Of a stretch of DNA of 64,000 bases, positions 19,921 through 31,179 are shown in pieces (the first letter of the stretch is position 1; the number at the start of each line of letters is the position of its first letter). Source of the DNA: Candidatus Velthaea sp. (GTDB lineage: Bacteria > Vulcanimicrobiota > Vulcanimicrobiia > Vulcanimicrobiales > Vulcanimicrobiaceae); the NCBI GenBank assembly GCA_050012475.1, contig JBEKHC010000007.1:16586-80585 (forward strand), written 5' to 3'. Below the pieces are notes generated by a model. It was not told where the DNA came from. It worked only from the letters and a program-made list of their open reading frames with translations, and ran no database searches. The position numbers and the translations under genes were made by a program.

Positions 19921-20472
19921 GTGGCAAAGCTTGAACCCAAACCTAGCGGCGTCGCACCGGGCGAGCCTCTTCCAACGCCCACAATTTCGTGTTGTACCGC
20001 GCGTCCGCCATCTTGCCCGCAAATTCGGCCGATCGCGCCGACGGACTCGGATTCGTACCGGAGCATCCTCGAGCGGACGACGCCCGAAGATCTGTATTGC
20101 CGGTTCTTCCATGTGGTCGATCAAGCCGAACTCGACGACGTCAAGCCGTTCGTCGAGCTGCGCCCGGACACGATCGGCTTCATCGCCGAATACGAGTCCA
20201 AACCGCTGGGCGTCGCGCACGCCTTCCTCTCGCCCAACCGTGCCGAAGCCGAGATCGCGATCGTCGTCGCCCGGGATGCCCGGCGCTGCGACGTCGGGCA
20301 CGCGCTGCTCGAGCGGCTCATCGACGAGCTGCGTGCGCGCAAATGCCGCGTCGTTTCGGCCTATTCGCTGTCCGGCAACAGTGCGTTTTCCCATCTCGCC
20401 CGTTCGGTCGGGATGCGTCCGATCGGGCCGCCGAGCGATGTCATGACCTGGACCTTGGCCGCCTCCGCCTAA
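19921..20472 (+). CDS. Stand-alone GNAT acetyltransferase resembling the GNAT domain of Pat
   Basis: IRPIAPTD..EDLYCRFF..AEIAIVVARDARRCDVGHALLERLI..GN pattern; start uncertain. Confidence 0.75.
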   Translation: MAKLEPKPSGVAPGEPLPTPTISCCTARPPSCPQIRPIAPTDSDSYRSILERTTPEDLYCRFFHVVDQAELDDVKPFVELRPDTIGFIAEYESKPLGVAHAFLSPNRAEAEIAIVVARDARRCDVGHALLERLIDELRARKCRVVSAYSLSGNSAFSHLARSVGMRPIGPPSDVMTWTLAASA

Positions 20473-20534
20473 AGGGCGCGCGACCCCGGGGCCGTTGCGG
20501 CAGTCATCGCCGATCGCCCGTAGCCAACAACTCG

Positions 20535-20566
20535 AACGACGTTCGCCCCTCGGCGGACGTCGTTTT
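20535..20566 (+). terminator. Probable rho-independent terminator after the GNAT gene
   Basis: AACGACGTTCGCC-CCTC-GGCGGACGTCGTT hairpin ending in a short T run. Confidence 0.6.
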
Positions 20567-20585
20567 CGTATGACCGCCGTTAGCC

Positions 20586-20639
20586 GCGGCTTACGCCAGT
20601 TGGGCGGTTTGCCCCTATTCAGCGGTTTGGCCCTATTCA
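20586..20639. repeat. 18-bp tandem direct repeat upstream of acs (two near-identical copies plus one degenerate copy)
   Basis: GCGGTTTGCCCCTATTCA (20604-20621), GCGGTTTGGCCCTATTCA (20622-20639), degenerate GCGGCTTACGCCAGTTGG (20586-20603). Confidence 0.8.
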
Positions 20640-20829
20640 AATGAAGCGTCAATTTCATACCACGGCGAACGCGTTCGTGCTTTGTCGCACCGTTTGGCGA
20701 CCGTCGGCGCAACCTAGGGAGGAACCAAGCACGATGGAAGAAATGTCTCTCATCCGCTGCACCTGCTAGTTGCTGCGCCCGCAAACATTTCGTTTCTTCT
20801 CCCCGCCAATTATGAGGGAACTCGTCAAG

Positions 20830-22794
<1,965 letters not shown>

Positions 22795-22937
22795 GAGCAG
22801 CTCGTCGGGTTTACCCGACGGGCGACGATAGGATGGGTGCCCTCGGCTCCGCTCGGTACACCGGGCGGCTCGGGGGTAGCCCGAACACGGCGGATCGACG
22901 AAGTCGATCCCCTCGATCCGGCAACAAGTCGGGGGCC

Positions 22938-23059
22938 GCAGAACAGCACTGCGGCCCCCAGCTTCCCGGCTCTGCGCTTCAAGCGCCGCGCCGGAGCTGC
23001 AGAACGGCTCAGCGGCCCCCAGCTTTCCGGCTCTGCGCTTGAAGTGCCGCGCCGGAGCT
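22938..23059. repeat. Two tandem 61-bp GC-rich palindromic units between convergent genes (REP/BIME-like)
   Basis: GCAGAACAGCACTGCGGCCCCCAGCTTCCCGGCTCTGCGCTTCAAGCGCCGCGCCGGAGCT at 22938-22998 and a variant at 22999-23059; an 11-bp perfect stem GGGGGCCGCAG/CTGCGGCCCCC at 22931-22959 overlaps the first unit. Confidence 0.85.
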
Positions 23060-24353
23060 AGAGCGCGTTCAGCAGTCGCTGAGGGCTTGCGGCGGCGAAC
23101 AGCCGGACGAACTCATCGACCGCAATCCGGGCAAAGTCGCGCGTATCGAGATTGACGTCGAGTTCGACGACGGCGCCGCCGTTGTCGATTTTTTCTTTGA
23201 GACGGTGCGCGAATGCGGCGTCCGCCGCCGGATCGAACATCGGCCGGCCTTCCCGGTTGAGCGACGACCAGCCCTTGCGCGGGATCAAGAAGGTGAACGG
23301 CCCTTTGGCTTGGTTGAGGCGCTGGGCGATCGTATCGGCGGCGAAGGTCAATTCGTCGGCGCTCGCGCGCACCTGCACGCGCAGCGCGTTCTGTTCGACG
23401 CGGTTCTTGCGCGCGGACCCGGTGCGGTTGTCGCGCGAACCGCCGTAGCTGAGGATGTCGAGCCCGCACGGCGCGAGCACGGCCGGTATCCCGCGGCAGA
23501 CGGCGCCCGCCAACCGGCCCGGGCCGGGGTCGCGGTTCCCCATGAAGAGATGCTCGATGACGCCGCCGGTGCAGAGATCGAGCACGCCGGCAAAGGCGCC
23601 GTCGCGGATCATCTCTTCCATCGCCCGATCGCCTTTGCCGTCGGCCTCGAACACGACCGGGAGGAAGCCTTCCTCTTCGAGCATGCCGAGCGCGGCTTTC
23701 ACCGCGACGGCGGCGCAGCCGGACGACGATACGGCGACAACCGGCTTGTCGAAAACGTAGTCGTTGCCGCGCGTCGTATCGACCATCCCGCAGATCGCGC
23801 CGACGGCGTTGGTAAGTTGTGTCTTGAGCAGCGGGTTCATCTTGCCGATGTCGAGCACGGTGTGGTGCAACGTGATGTCGCGCGTCCCGACGAACGCCGC
23901 GATCGCTGCCGGATCGGCCGCGAGCGGCGACGCCATCAGCTTGGGCAGACCGAACGGCAACGTCTTCATGATGCTCGTGGCGACGTGCGACGCGATGGCG
24001 CCGCCGATGCCCATGATGCCGTGGACGCGGCCCGCGCGAAGCAGGTCGTGGACGATCGCCGCGGCGCCCGCGATCTGGTTTTCGATCGCTCGCGTCCGAT
24101 CGGAACGGTAGAAGACGCGGACTTTTTCGACCGGCACGCCGCCGCGCGCCGCGACCTGTTCGCAGGTGATGTCGCCGGCAAACGGCGGCGCCGCCTCCAG
24201 GCTGAAATCCAGCAGCAGCGGCACGTGTCCGCGGCGGCGGATGAGATCTTTGACTAGCCCGACATTCTCGCTTTGCGCATCGAGGCTGCAAGCGACGACG
24301 ATGCCCTTCTTGGGCGTGTCGGTTCCCAATGTCCAGGCGGACCGCATGCGCAT
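23058..24353 (-). CDS. Tm-1-like ATP-binding domain protein (UPF0261)
   Basis: MKTLPFGLPKLMAS, FVGTRDITL, LTNAVGAICGMV, GKGDRAME, LIPRKGWSSL..FDPAADAAF. Confidence 0.85.
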   Translation of the reverse strand: MRMRSAWTLGTDTPKKGIVVACSLDAQSENVGLVKDLIRRRGHVPLLLDFSLEAAPPFAGDITCEQVAARGGVPVEKVRVFYRSDRTRAIENQIAGAAAIVHDLLRAGRVHGIMGIGGAIASHVATSIMKTLPFGLPKLMASPLAADPAAIAAFVGTRDITLHHTVLDIGKMNPLLKTQLTNAVGAICGMVDTTRGNDYVFDKPVVAVSSSGCAAVAVKAALGMLEEEGFLPVVFEADGKGDRAMEEMIRDGAFAGVLDLCTGGVIEHLFMGNRDPGPGRLAGAVCRGIPAVLAPCGLDILSYGGSRDNRTGSARKNRVEQNALRVQVRASADELTFAADTIAQRLNQAKGPFTFLIPRKGWSSLNREGRPMFDPAADAAFAHRLKEKIDNGGAVVELDVNLDTRDFARIAVDEFVRLFAAASPQRLLNAL

Positions 24354-24908
24354 CTACGTCCGAACCGCGGCTCGGGCCGCGAGCTCGCTGCCTTTCCGAT
24401 CCGCGCAGTTGATCGCGCCGATCTCGCGATCGTGTGGAGCGAACGACTGCCGATTCGTCATCAGGTATACGGCCTTTGCAATGTCGACGGTACGCTTGAG
24501 GGGGAAACACGCATCCGCAAAGCGCACGTTCTGCGCTCGACCGACGGTTGAAAGATGAAACCGTCGTTTAATTCTTGTGAAAGAACTTTACTTCAAAAAT
24601 ACGTAGTAGCGCAAGATGTAACGCAAACTATTTTCATGTTACCCAGTAAGACAAAAGTTAGTCTTCCGACAATTAACACACGAAGTGCGGGCCGGAGCCT
24701 GCAATTCGGCATTACACCTACCGTAACCGCAGAATTCCTCGAGTCTAAATGCGACGTAAGTGGTAACTTTCGTTAGCGGCCATCGAAGACATTTGTCATG
24801 TCGGTCGACCGGGTTGGAGCTGCCGTTCCGCTGCGGGGCGGCGTTTTGGTGTGCGCTGTTGTGCGCCCAGTGGTGTCGTGCCGGCGACGGTCGCGAAACG
24901 AAAGCACG

Positions 24909-25325
24909 ATGAAACGTTCGACGTCGACAACGGCCGGATTGCCGCGATGCATTTCCGTTCAAACCGCCGGATCGACGTGGCGGGTGCACGCTGAAGCGAT
25001 GTGCTTCGGCGACGTTCTTGTCGCGATTTGGGGCGGCGAAAAACTACACATCGGGGCAGTTGCTGCTGCGTCGTGGCCAGTTGAACCGACCCGCGACGTC
25101 GAGTGCGACGTCGTCGGTACTGACGTCTATCGGGCACAAAGAGGACGTCGTGGTAAAGCCGGTAGCGGAAGCGCTGTGCGCCGGCTCGGCACCAATGTCG
25201 TCGTTACCTCCGGCCTCCATTGGGATGACCTCCCAGAACGCGGAATCGCCGCCATTCGCGCGAGCTGCACGGAACTCGTCGACTTGGTCGCGCTCGCGCT
25301 AACCAGAGACCCGCCAGCAGGCTAG
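24909..25325 (+). pseudogene. Frameshifted LpdD-like (prenylated-flavin chaperone-like) gene
   Basis: IWGGEKLHIGAVA and RLGTNVVVTSGLHWDDL in one frame; the linking segment SATSSVLTSIGHKEDVVVKPVAEAL is in another frame. Confidence 0.65.
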
Positions 25326-25664
25326 TTTACCGCCACACGTCCCACCAGACGCCGACCGGATGACCCAGGCAGCGAGCGAATGGCGTGCCGGGAGCCGACG
25401 TTTCCATCGGGTAGCAAAGTAGGCCACTGCGACAGCGAGGAAGTCGTGCCGGAAGTCAACGTCCCACTGGGGGAGTAACGGATGACCGCGGTAGCGAGCG
25501 AGCCATGCGCAAAGTCGCCGACCTTAAATCGGGCAGCAAGCCGATGACCGAGACGTACCGGACTAATGGTGCCGCAAACCGACCTTCCAGCGGGCAGCAA
25601 ATCAACCATCGTGGCCATCAACCGATCGGCCGAAGACGGCCTCAATCGGCGATGAAGGTCCGCC

Positions 25665-25694
25665 TTGACATTTGTTAACTCGGGCTTGTAGGCT
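25665..25694 (+). promoter_or_regulatory. Sigma70-type promoter of the HTH-ribBA-ribH operon with a palindrome over the -35 box
   Basis: TTGACA (25665-25670), 18 nt, TAGGCT (25689-25694), 7 nt, GTG; TTGACAttTGTTAA near-palindrome at 25665-25678. Confidence 0.7.
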
Positions 25695-25701
25695 TGAAGC
25701 C

Positions 25702-27126
25702 GTGGAGAATTTTTCAGCCGAGCTGTGCGCGGCAATGAGCGAGGCCGGCGTTTCCGCCGCCGAGCTTGCGCAGCGCTCGGGATTGACCGAGGGCGCGATC
25801 TCCTACCTCCGGTCGGGCCGGCGCGAGCCCTCATTCCGCTCGATCCAGGCGCTCAATGCGGCGCTGCCCGAACTTGCGGCGCGCTTCGATACGGAACGGA
25901 GAAAAATGGACTCGATCGAGTCGGCCATCGCCGACATCAAAGCCGGCAAGATGGTGGTCGTGCTCGACGATGAGGAGCGGGAGAACGAAGGCGACCTGGT
26001 GATGGCCGCCGAGCGCGTCACGAGCGAAGCGATCAACTTCATGCGCAAGGAAGCGGGCGGCCTGATCTGCGTCGCCTTGACGGGCGAGCGCCTCGACCGC
26101 CTGCAGATTCCGCCGATGGTGAACGACAACACCACGCCTTTGGGCACGGCGTTTACCGTCTCGGTCGAAGCGCGCGGCCGGGTCACCACCGGCATCTCGG
26201 CCCAAGACCGCTCGAACACGATTCTGGCCCTGATCGATCCGGCGGCGACGCCGGCCGACTTTCTCCGCCCAGGCCACACGTTTCCGCTGCGCTCGCGCGA
26301 CGGCGGCGTGCTCGTCCGGGCCGGACAAACGGAAGCATCGGTCGACCTCGCGCGGCTGGCCGGCCTCAAGCCCGCGGGCGTCATCTGCGAAATCATGGAT
26401 GATGACGGCTCGATGATGCGCTTGCCGCATTTGCGCGAATACGCGAAGAAACACGATTTGCGGCTGGTCACCGTCAAAGATCTCATCGCGTACCGGATGC
26501 GTCACGAGAAGCTCGTGCAGCGGATCGCCGAGTTCAATTTGCCGACGCCCTTCGGCTTGTTTCGCGGCTTTGCGTACGAATCGAAAGTCGACGACGTCGC
26601 GCACGTTGCGCTGGTCATGGGTCACATCGGCGACGGCAAAGACACGCTGGTGCGCGTCCATTCGGAATGCCTGACCGGCGACGCACTGCATTCGATTCGC
26701 TGCGACTGCGGCGCGCAGCGCGATGCAGCGATGGAAGCGATCGCGCGCGAAGGCCGCGGCGTCTTTCTCTACCTGCACCAGGAAGGCCGCGGCATCGGCC
26801 TCGCCAACAAGCTGCGCGCCTACGCGCTCCAAGATGCCGGCGCCGATACGGTCGAAGCGAACGTTGCCCTGGGGCTGCCGGCCGACAAACGCGATTACGG
26901 CATCGGTTCGCAGATTCTCGTCGATCTGGGTGTCCGCGAGATGCGCCTGCTCACCAACAACCCCACGAAGATCGCCGGACTCGAAGGTTTCGGGCTGACG
27001 CTGGCCGGACGGGTGCCGATTCAGACCAACCCCACCGTGCACAACTCGCACTATCTCGACACCAAGCGCGACAAGATGGGCCACTTGTTTGCCGGCGCGC
27101 CGGCGACCGTGCCGGTCGTGCCGTGA
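25702..27126 (+). CDS. ribBA: Bifunctional DHBP synthase/GTP cyclohydrolase II with N-terminal XRE-type HTH domain
   Basis: N-terminal SAAELAQRSGLTEGAISYLRSGRREPS HTH in frame with DDEERENEGDL, RAGQTEA, RVHSECLTGD, CDCG, QEGRGIGL, LLTNNPTK. Confidence 0.93.
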   Translation: MENFSAELCAAMSEAGVSAAELAQRSGLTEGAISYLRSGRREPSFRSIQALNAALPELAARFDTERRKMDSIESAIADIKAGKMVVVLDDEERENEGDLVMAAERVTSEAINFMRKEAGGLICVALTGERLDRLQIPPMVNDNTTPLGTAFTVSVEARGRVTTGISAQDRSNTILALIDPAATPADFLRPGHTFPLRSRDGGVLVRAGQTEASVDLARLAGLKPAGVICEIMDDDGSMMRLPHLREYAKKHDLRLVTVKDLIAYRMRHEKLVQRIAEFNLPTPFGLFRGFAYESKVDDVAHVALVMGHIGDGKDTLVRVHSECLTGDALHSIRCDCGAQRDAAMEAIAREGRGVFLYLHQEGRGIGLANKLRAYALQDAGADTVEANVALGLPADKRDYGIGSQILVDLGVREMRLLTNNPTKIAGLEGFGLTLAGRVPIQTNPTVHNSHYLDTKRDKMGHLFAGAPATVPVVP

Positions 27127-27620
27127 AGAAGACCGCCGCGGCAACCTCCTATCCCGACGCCAAAGGCAAACGTTTCGCGATCGTTTCGGCCCGGTTTTAC
27201 GGCGATCTCGCCGACTGGCTCGAAGACGGGGCGCGCCGCGGACTGCGCGACTGCGGGGTGAGCGAAAGCGACATCGACTTCGTTGCCGTGCCGGGCTGCT
27301 TCGAGATTCCGCTCGTTGCGCGGAACCTCATCGTCGGCGGCGAGTACGACGGGATCGTCGCGCTGGGCGTCGTCATTCGCGGCGACACGCCGCACTTCGA
27401 CTATGTCGCGGGTGAATGCGCGCGCGGGATCATGAACGTGCAGCTTACCACCGGCGTGCCGATCGGCTTCGGCATTCTGACGACCGAAAATCTCGCGCAA
27501 GCTGAGGAGCGTGCCGATCCGCAGCGGCTCGATAAAGGGCACGAAGCGGCGGTTGCGGCGGCCAGCGTCGCCGTCATCGAACCGTCCAAGCGCGACAAGC
27601 AGCGCGTCGGATTCCGCTAA
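27123..27620 (+). CDS. ribH: 6,7-dimethyl-8-ribityllumazine synthase
   Basis: VPGCFEIP, ALGVVIRGDTPHFDYV, FGILTT, KGHEAA. Confidence 0.95.
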   Translation: MKKTAAATSYPDAKGKRFAIVSARFYGDLADWLEDGARRGLRDCGVSESDIDFVAVPGCFEIPLVARNLIVGGEYDGIVALGVVIRGDTPHFDYVAGECARGIMNVQLTTGVPIGFGILTTENLAQAEERADPQRLDKGHEAAVAAASVAVIEPSKRDKQRVGFR

Positions 27621-27672
27621 ACCGGGCCGTCAATCTTGCGCTGAGAAATGCCCAGCGTTGCGGGCGTAGCAC

Positions 27673-28695
27673 ATGCCGCCAGCGAACGCTCCAGGCGTGG
27701 AATCGGTATGGTTCGACGGCGGAGCCGTTGGTTTTGTCGATCAGCGTGCGCTCCCGCAGGCAGTCGAGCGAAAGCAAGCGACCAGCGTCGATGAGGTGGT
27801 CGATGCCATCGCAACGTTAGCGGTTCGCGGCGCTCCGGCGATCGGTATTTTCGGCGCGTACGGAATCGCGCTCGCCGCCAGCCTGCACGGCGGGCAGCAC
27901 TTCGACGTCGCCGCCCAACGCATTCGCAACGCACGGCCGACGGCGGTCAATCTCGCTTGGGCCGTCGATCGCGTGCTGGCGCGCGAAGACGGCGAGTATC
28001 TCGCCGAAGCGCGCGCTATCCACGACGAGCAGCGCGAGATCGATCGCCGTATCGGCCGAGCCGCCGTCGACCTCTTCCCGGCGGCGGGAAACGTGCTCAC
28101 CCATTGCAACACCGGGCCGCTCGCAACCGGCGGCGACGGGACGGCGCTGGGCTGTTTCATCGCGGCATTCCGCAGCGGGAAAGCACTGCATGTTTACGCC
28201 GACGAAACCCGGCCGCTATTGCAGGGCGCGCGCCTGACGATGTTCGAGTTGCACGAAGCGGGCGTGCCGTGCACGCTCATCGCCGATTCGGCGGCGGCGA
28301 TCACCATGCAGCGCAAAGCGATCGTCGCGGTCGTCGTCGGCGCCGATCGCATTGCCGCCAACGGCGATGCGGCAAATAAGATCGGCACCTACGGCGTCGC
28401 CATCGCCGCCGCGCATCACGGCATTCCGTTCTACGTCGCCGCGCCGCGTTCGACGATCGATTTCTCGCTGGCCGACGGCAGCGGCATCCCGATCGAGGAG
28501 CGCTCGCCCGACGAGATCCGGATCGCTCCGGGCGACGATGTCTACAATCCGGCGTTCGACGTCACGCCCGCTTCGCTCATCGCCGGGATCGTCACGGAAT
28601 ACGGCGTGATTCGGGCGCCGTACGCGCAAACGATACCGGAATTACGGCAACGGCCTGCGGTCGCCGCGGACCATGCCGAACACGTTCGGTCCTGA
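27673..28695 (+). CDS. mtnA: Methylthioribose-1-phosphate isomerase
   Basis: VRGAPAIG, RPTAVNL, LTHCNTGPLAT, DETRPLLQGARLT, NKIGTY, NPAFDVTP. Confidence 0.95.
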   Translation: MPPANAPGVESVWFDGGAVGFVDQRALPQAVERKQATSVDEVVDAIATLAVRGAPAIGIFGAYGIALAASLHGGQHFDVAAQRIRNARPTAVNLAWAVDRVLAREDGEYLAEARAIHDEQREIDRRIGRAAVDLFPAAGNVLTHCNTGPLATGGDGTALGCFIAAFRSGKALHVYADETRPLLQGARLTMFELHEAGVPCTLIADSAAAITMQRKAIVAVVVGADRIAANGDAANKIGTYGVAIAAAHHGIPFYVAAPRSTIDFSLADGSGIPIEERSPDEIRIAPGDDVYNPAFDVTPASLIAGIVTEYGVIRAPYAQTIPELRQRPAVAADHAEHVRS

Positions 28696-28707
28696 GCGCG
28701 GCACGAC

Positions 28708-29709
28708 ATCAAGTATTTCGATTTCGTCGACAAGGAACCGAAGCTCGACGGGCTGATCGTCGTCGAGGGAACCGACGTGCTGCTCGCGCAGCGGGCCATC
28801 GATACGGTCGTCGAGCGCGCCTTGCCCGCCGATATGCGCGCGCTCAACCTCGACGTGATCGCCGGCCCCGAAACCGACCACGTTGGGCGCGCGGTCGCCG
28901 ACGCATCGACCGCGATGCCGTTTCTCGCCGAACGGCGAGTGATCGTCGTGCGCAATTGCCAGCAACTGCGCGCGCAGCCGCGGCGCGACGTGTGGGCCGC
29001 GGCGCAAGCGCTGCCGGCCGGCAACACGCTGGTGCTCGAAGACCTTTTCCCGCCCAATAAGAAGACGAAGCCCGAGCCGTTCGGCGTGCTGGCCGGGCGC
29101 AAAGCGCTGCGCATCGATACGACCCTGAGCGCCGACGCGCGCGAGCGCTTCGTGCACGAAACCCTGGCGCGGTTGGGCGCGCGGGCCGAAGCGCGCGCCG
29201 TCGCGGAGCTCGCCGCCAGCGCCGCCGACCTCGGCTCGATCCAAAACGATCTCGAGAAGCTGGCCCTCTCCGGCAAGCCGATCACGCTCGCAATGCTCCA
29301 GAGCGAGAGCCTCACGATCGAAGATCCAAAAGCCTGGCAGTACGCGCAATCCTTGGTCGAGGGGCGAGCTCAAGAAGCCCTCGCCATCGCCTACGAACTG
29401 TTCGCGACCGATCCGCGCGGCGCGGCGGTCCCCCTCGCGAGCGCGCTCGCCGGCGAGATGAACTTGCTGTGGGAACTCGCGCGACCGGGCGGCGGCGACG
29501 CGGTCGAGCCGCGCCATCGCTGGCGTGCCGGCAAGCTGCAGGGTCTGGCACGCCGGATCGGGGCCGCGCGCGCCCGGCGCGGCTACGAAGCGGCCGTGCG
29601 CGGATTCGAAGCCGTCGTGACCGGGCGCATCGACGACGGCCGGGCGATGATCGAACTCCTCACCGCCGATATCGCTGCCAACGTAACTGCTGTCCGCACT
29701 CCCGCCTGA
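28708..29709 (+). CDS. holA: DNA polymerase III delta subunit (start uncertain: ATC 28708 or GTG 28777)
   Basis: LIVVEGTDVLL, LNLDVI, MPFLAERRVIVV, IQNDLEKLAL. Confidence 0.8.
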   Translation: MKYFDFVDKEPKLDGLIVVEGTDVLLAQRAIDTVVERALPADMRALNLDVIAGPETDHVGRAVADASTAMPFLAERRVIVVRNCQQLRAQPRRDVWAAAQALPAGNTLVLEDLFPPNKKTKPEPFGVLAGRKALRIDTTLSADARERFVHETLARLGARAEARAVAELAASAADLGSIQNDLEKLALSGKPITLAMLQSESLTIEDPKAWQYAQSLVEGRAQEALAIAYELFATDPRGAAVPLASALAGEMNLLWELARPGGGDAVEPRHRWRAGKLQGLARRIGAARARRGYEAAVRGFEAVVTGRIDDGRAMIELLTADIAANVTAVRTPA

Positions 29710-29775
29710 GTGCCCAGCGCGTCGCGCGATCATCGAGGCGCGGCGCGAACGCAACGCGAAGAGCGGCCACGACGC

Positions 29776-31179
29776 ATGAACGAGACAACGTACGCCTCGC
29801 CGTTTTCATGGCGCTACGCGCGCATGGAACTCCGCGAGCTTTTTTCCGAGCGCGAACGGCGCAAGCTCTGGCGCGCGGTGTGGATCGCGCTGGCCGAGTC
29901 GCAGCTGCGCAGCGGTCTCGTATCGCAAGCCGAACTCGACGATCTGCGCGCGCACGCCGGCGACATCGATCTCGCGGCGGCGCTCGCCATCGAGCAGGAG
30001 ATCGGCCACGATCTGATGGCCGAGATTCGCGTTTTCGCGAAGCAGGCCACCGTCGGCGGCGGCAAGATCCATCTCGGCGCCACGTCGATGGATATCGAAG
30101 ATACGGTCGAGATCTATCGCATGCGCCTCGCGCTTCATCAAATCGTGGGTTCGATCGATGCGTTGCTCGTCGCGTTTGCGGCCCAGATCGACGCGCATGC
30201 CGACACGGTGTGCATGGGCTACACCCATCTCCAACCGGCCGAACCGACGACGATCGGTTACCGGCTGGCCGTCTACGCGCAAGACGTGCTCATCGATCGT
30301 GCGGCGCTGCTCTTCAGCCTCGAACAACTGACCGCCAAAGGCATTCGCGGCGCGGTCGGCACGTCGGCCTCGTATTCCCGGCTGCTCGCGGGCACCGGAC
30401 GTTCTGCGGCAGATCAGGAAAACGATGTGCTCGGCGCGTTCGGTTTGAGCGCGCGCGATGTCGCAACGCAAACGTACCCGCGCAAACTCGATTTTCTCTT
30501 GCTCTCGCAGCTCGCGGGCCTGGGTGCGTCGCTGTCCAAATTCGCCGCCGACGTGCGGATCCTGGGTTCAGCGGGTTTCGGCGAAGTCTTCGAGCCTTTC
30601 GGCGCCAAGCAGGTCGGCAGTTCGGCGATGCCGTTCAAGCGCAATCCGGTCATGTCGGAGCGCATCGACTCGCTTGCGCGGCTGCTGCCCGGGTATGCCG
30701 ACGTCGCCTGGCAGAACGCGGCGACGAACTACTTGGAACGGACGCTCGACGACAGCGCGAACCGCCGCACGATCTTGCCCGAAGCCTTGCTGTGCAGCGA
30801 CGAACTGTTATCGCTCGCGCGCAAGATCGTGACCGGCTTGCGCGTCGACGAACGCCGGATCGCCGAGAATCTGCGCACCTACGGACCGTTCGCGGGGACC
30901 GAAGCGGTCCTCATGGAAGCGGCGAAGGCCGGTGCGGATCGTCAGGAAATGCACGAAGCCATTCGCGAGAGCGCGATGACGGCGTACGCCGCGCTCGCGC
31001 GCGGCGAAAGCAATCCGCTCGCCCGGCTGATCGCCGACGACGAGCGCATCGCTCGTTACGTCGACCCGGCCGAGATCCGGGTGCAACTCGATCCCACCGG
31101 GCACACCGGCGATGCCGCGCAGCGCGCGCGCCGGCTGGCTGCCCGCATCCGCGAAACGCTGGAGATTACCGGTGAATAA
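29776..31179 (+). CDS. purB: Adenylosuccinate lyase
   Basis: YASPFSWRY, HLGATSMD, GYTHLQPAEPTT, GSSAMPFKRNP signature. Confidence 0.95.
   Translation: MNETTYASPFSWRYARMELRELFSERERRKLWRAVWIALAESQLRSGLVSQAELDDLRAHAGDIDLAAALAIEQEIGHDLMAEIRVFAKQATVGGGKIHLGATSMDIEDTVEIYRMRLALHQIVGSIDALLVAFAAQIDAHADTVCMGYTHLQPAEPTTIGYRLAVYAQDVLIDRAALLFSLEQLTAKGIRGAVGTSASYSRLLAGTGRSAADQENDVLGAFGLSARDVATQTYPRKLDFLLLSQLAGLGASLSKFAADVRILGSAGFGEVFEPFGAKQVGSSAMPFKRNPVMSERIDSLARLLPGYADVAWQNAATNYLERTLDDSANRRTILPEALLCSDELLSLARKIVTGLRVDERRIAENLRTYGPFAGTEAVLMEAAKAGADRQEMHEAIRESAMTAYAALARGESNPLARLIADDERIARYVDPAEIRVQLDPTGHTGDAAQRARRLAARIRETLEITGE

Noticed and set aside
22938..23059. CRISPR array
   Set aside because: Only two contiguous units, no unique spacers, no cas genes
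25326..25664. FMN riboswitch or a gene upstream of ribBA
   Set aside because: No RFN consensus visible, the promoter lies immediately before the start codon, and the minus-strand ORF has no recognisable motif
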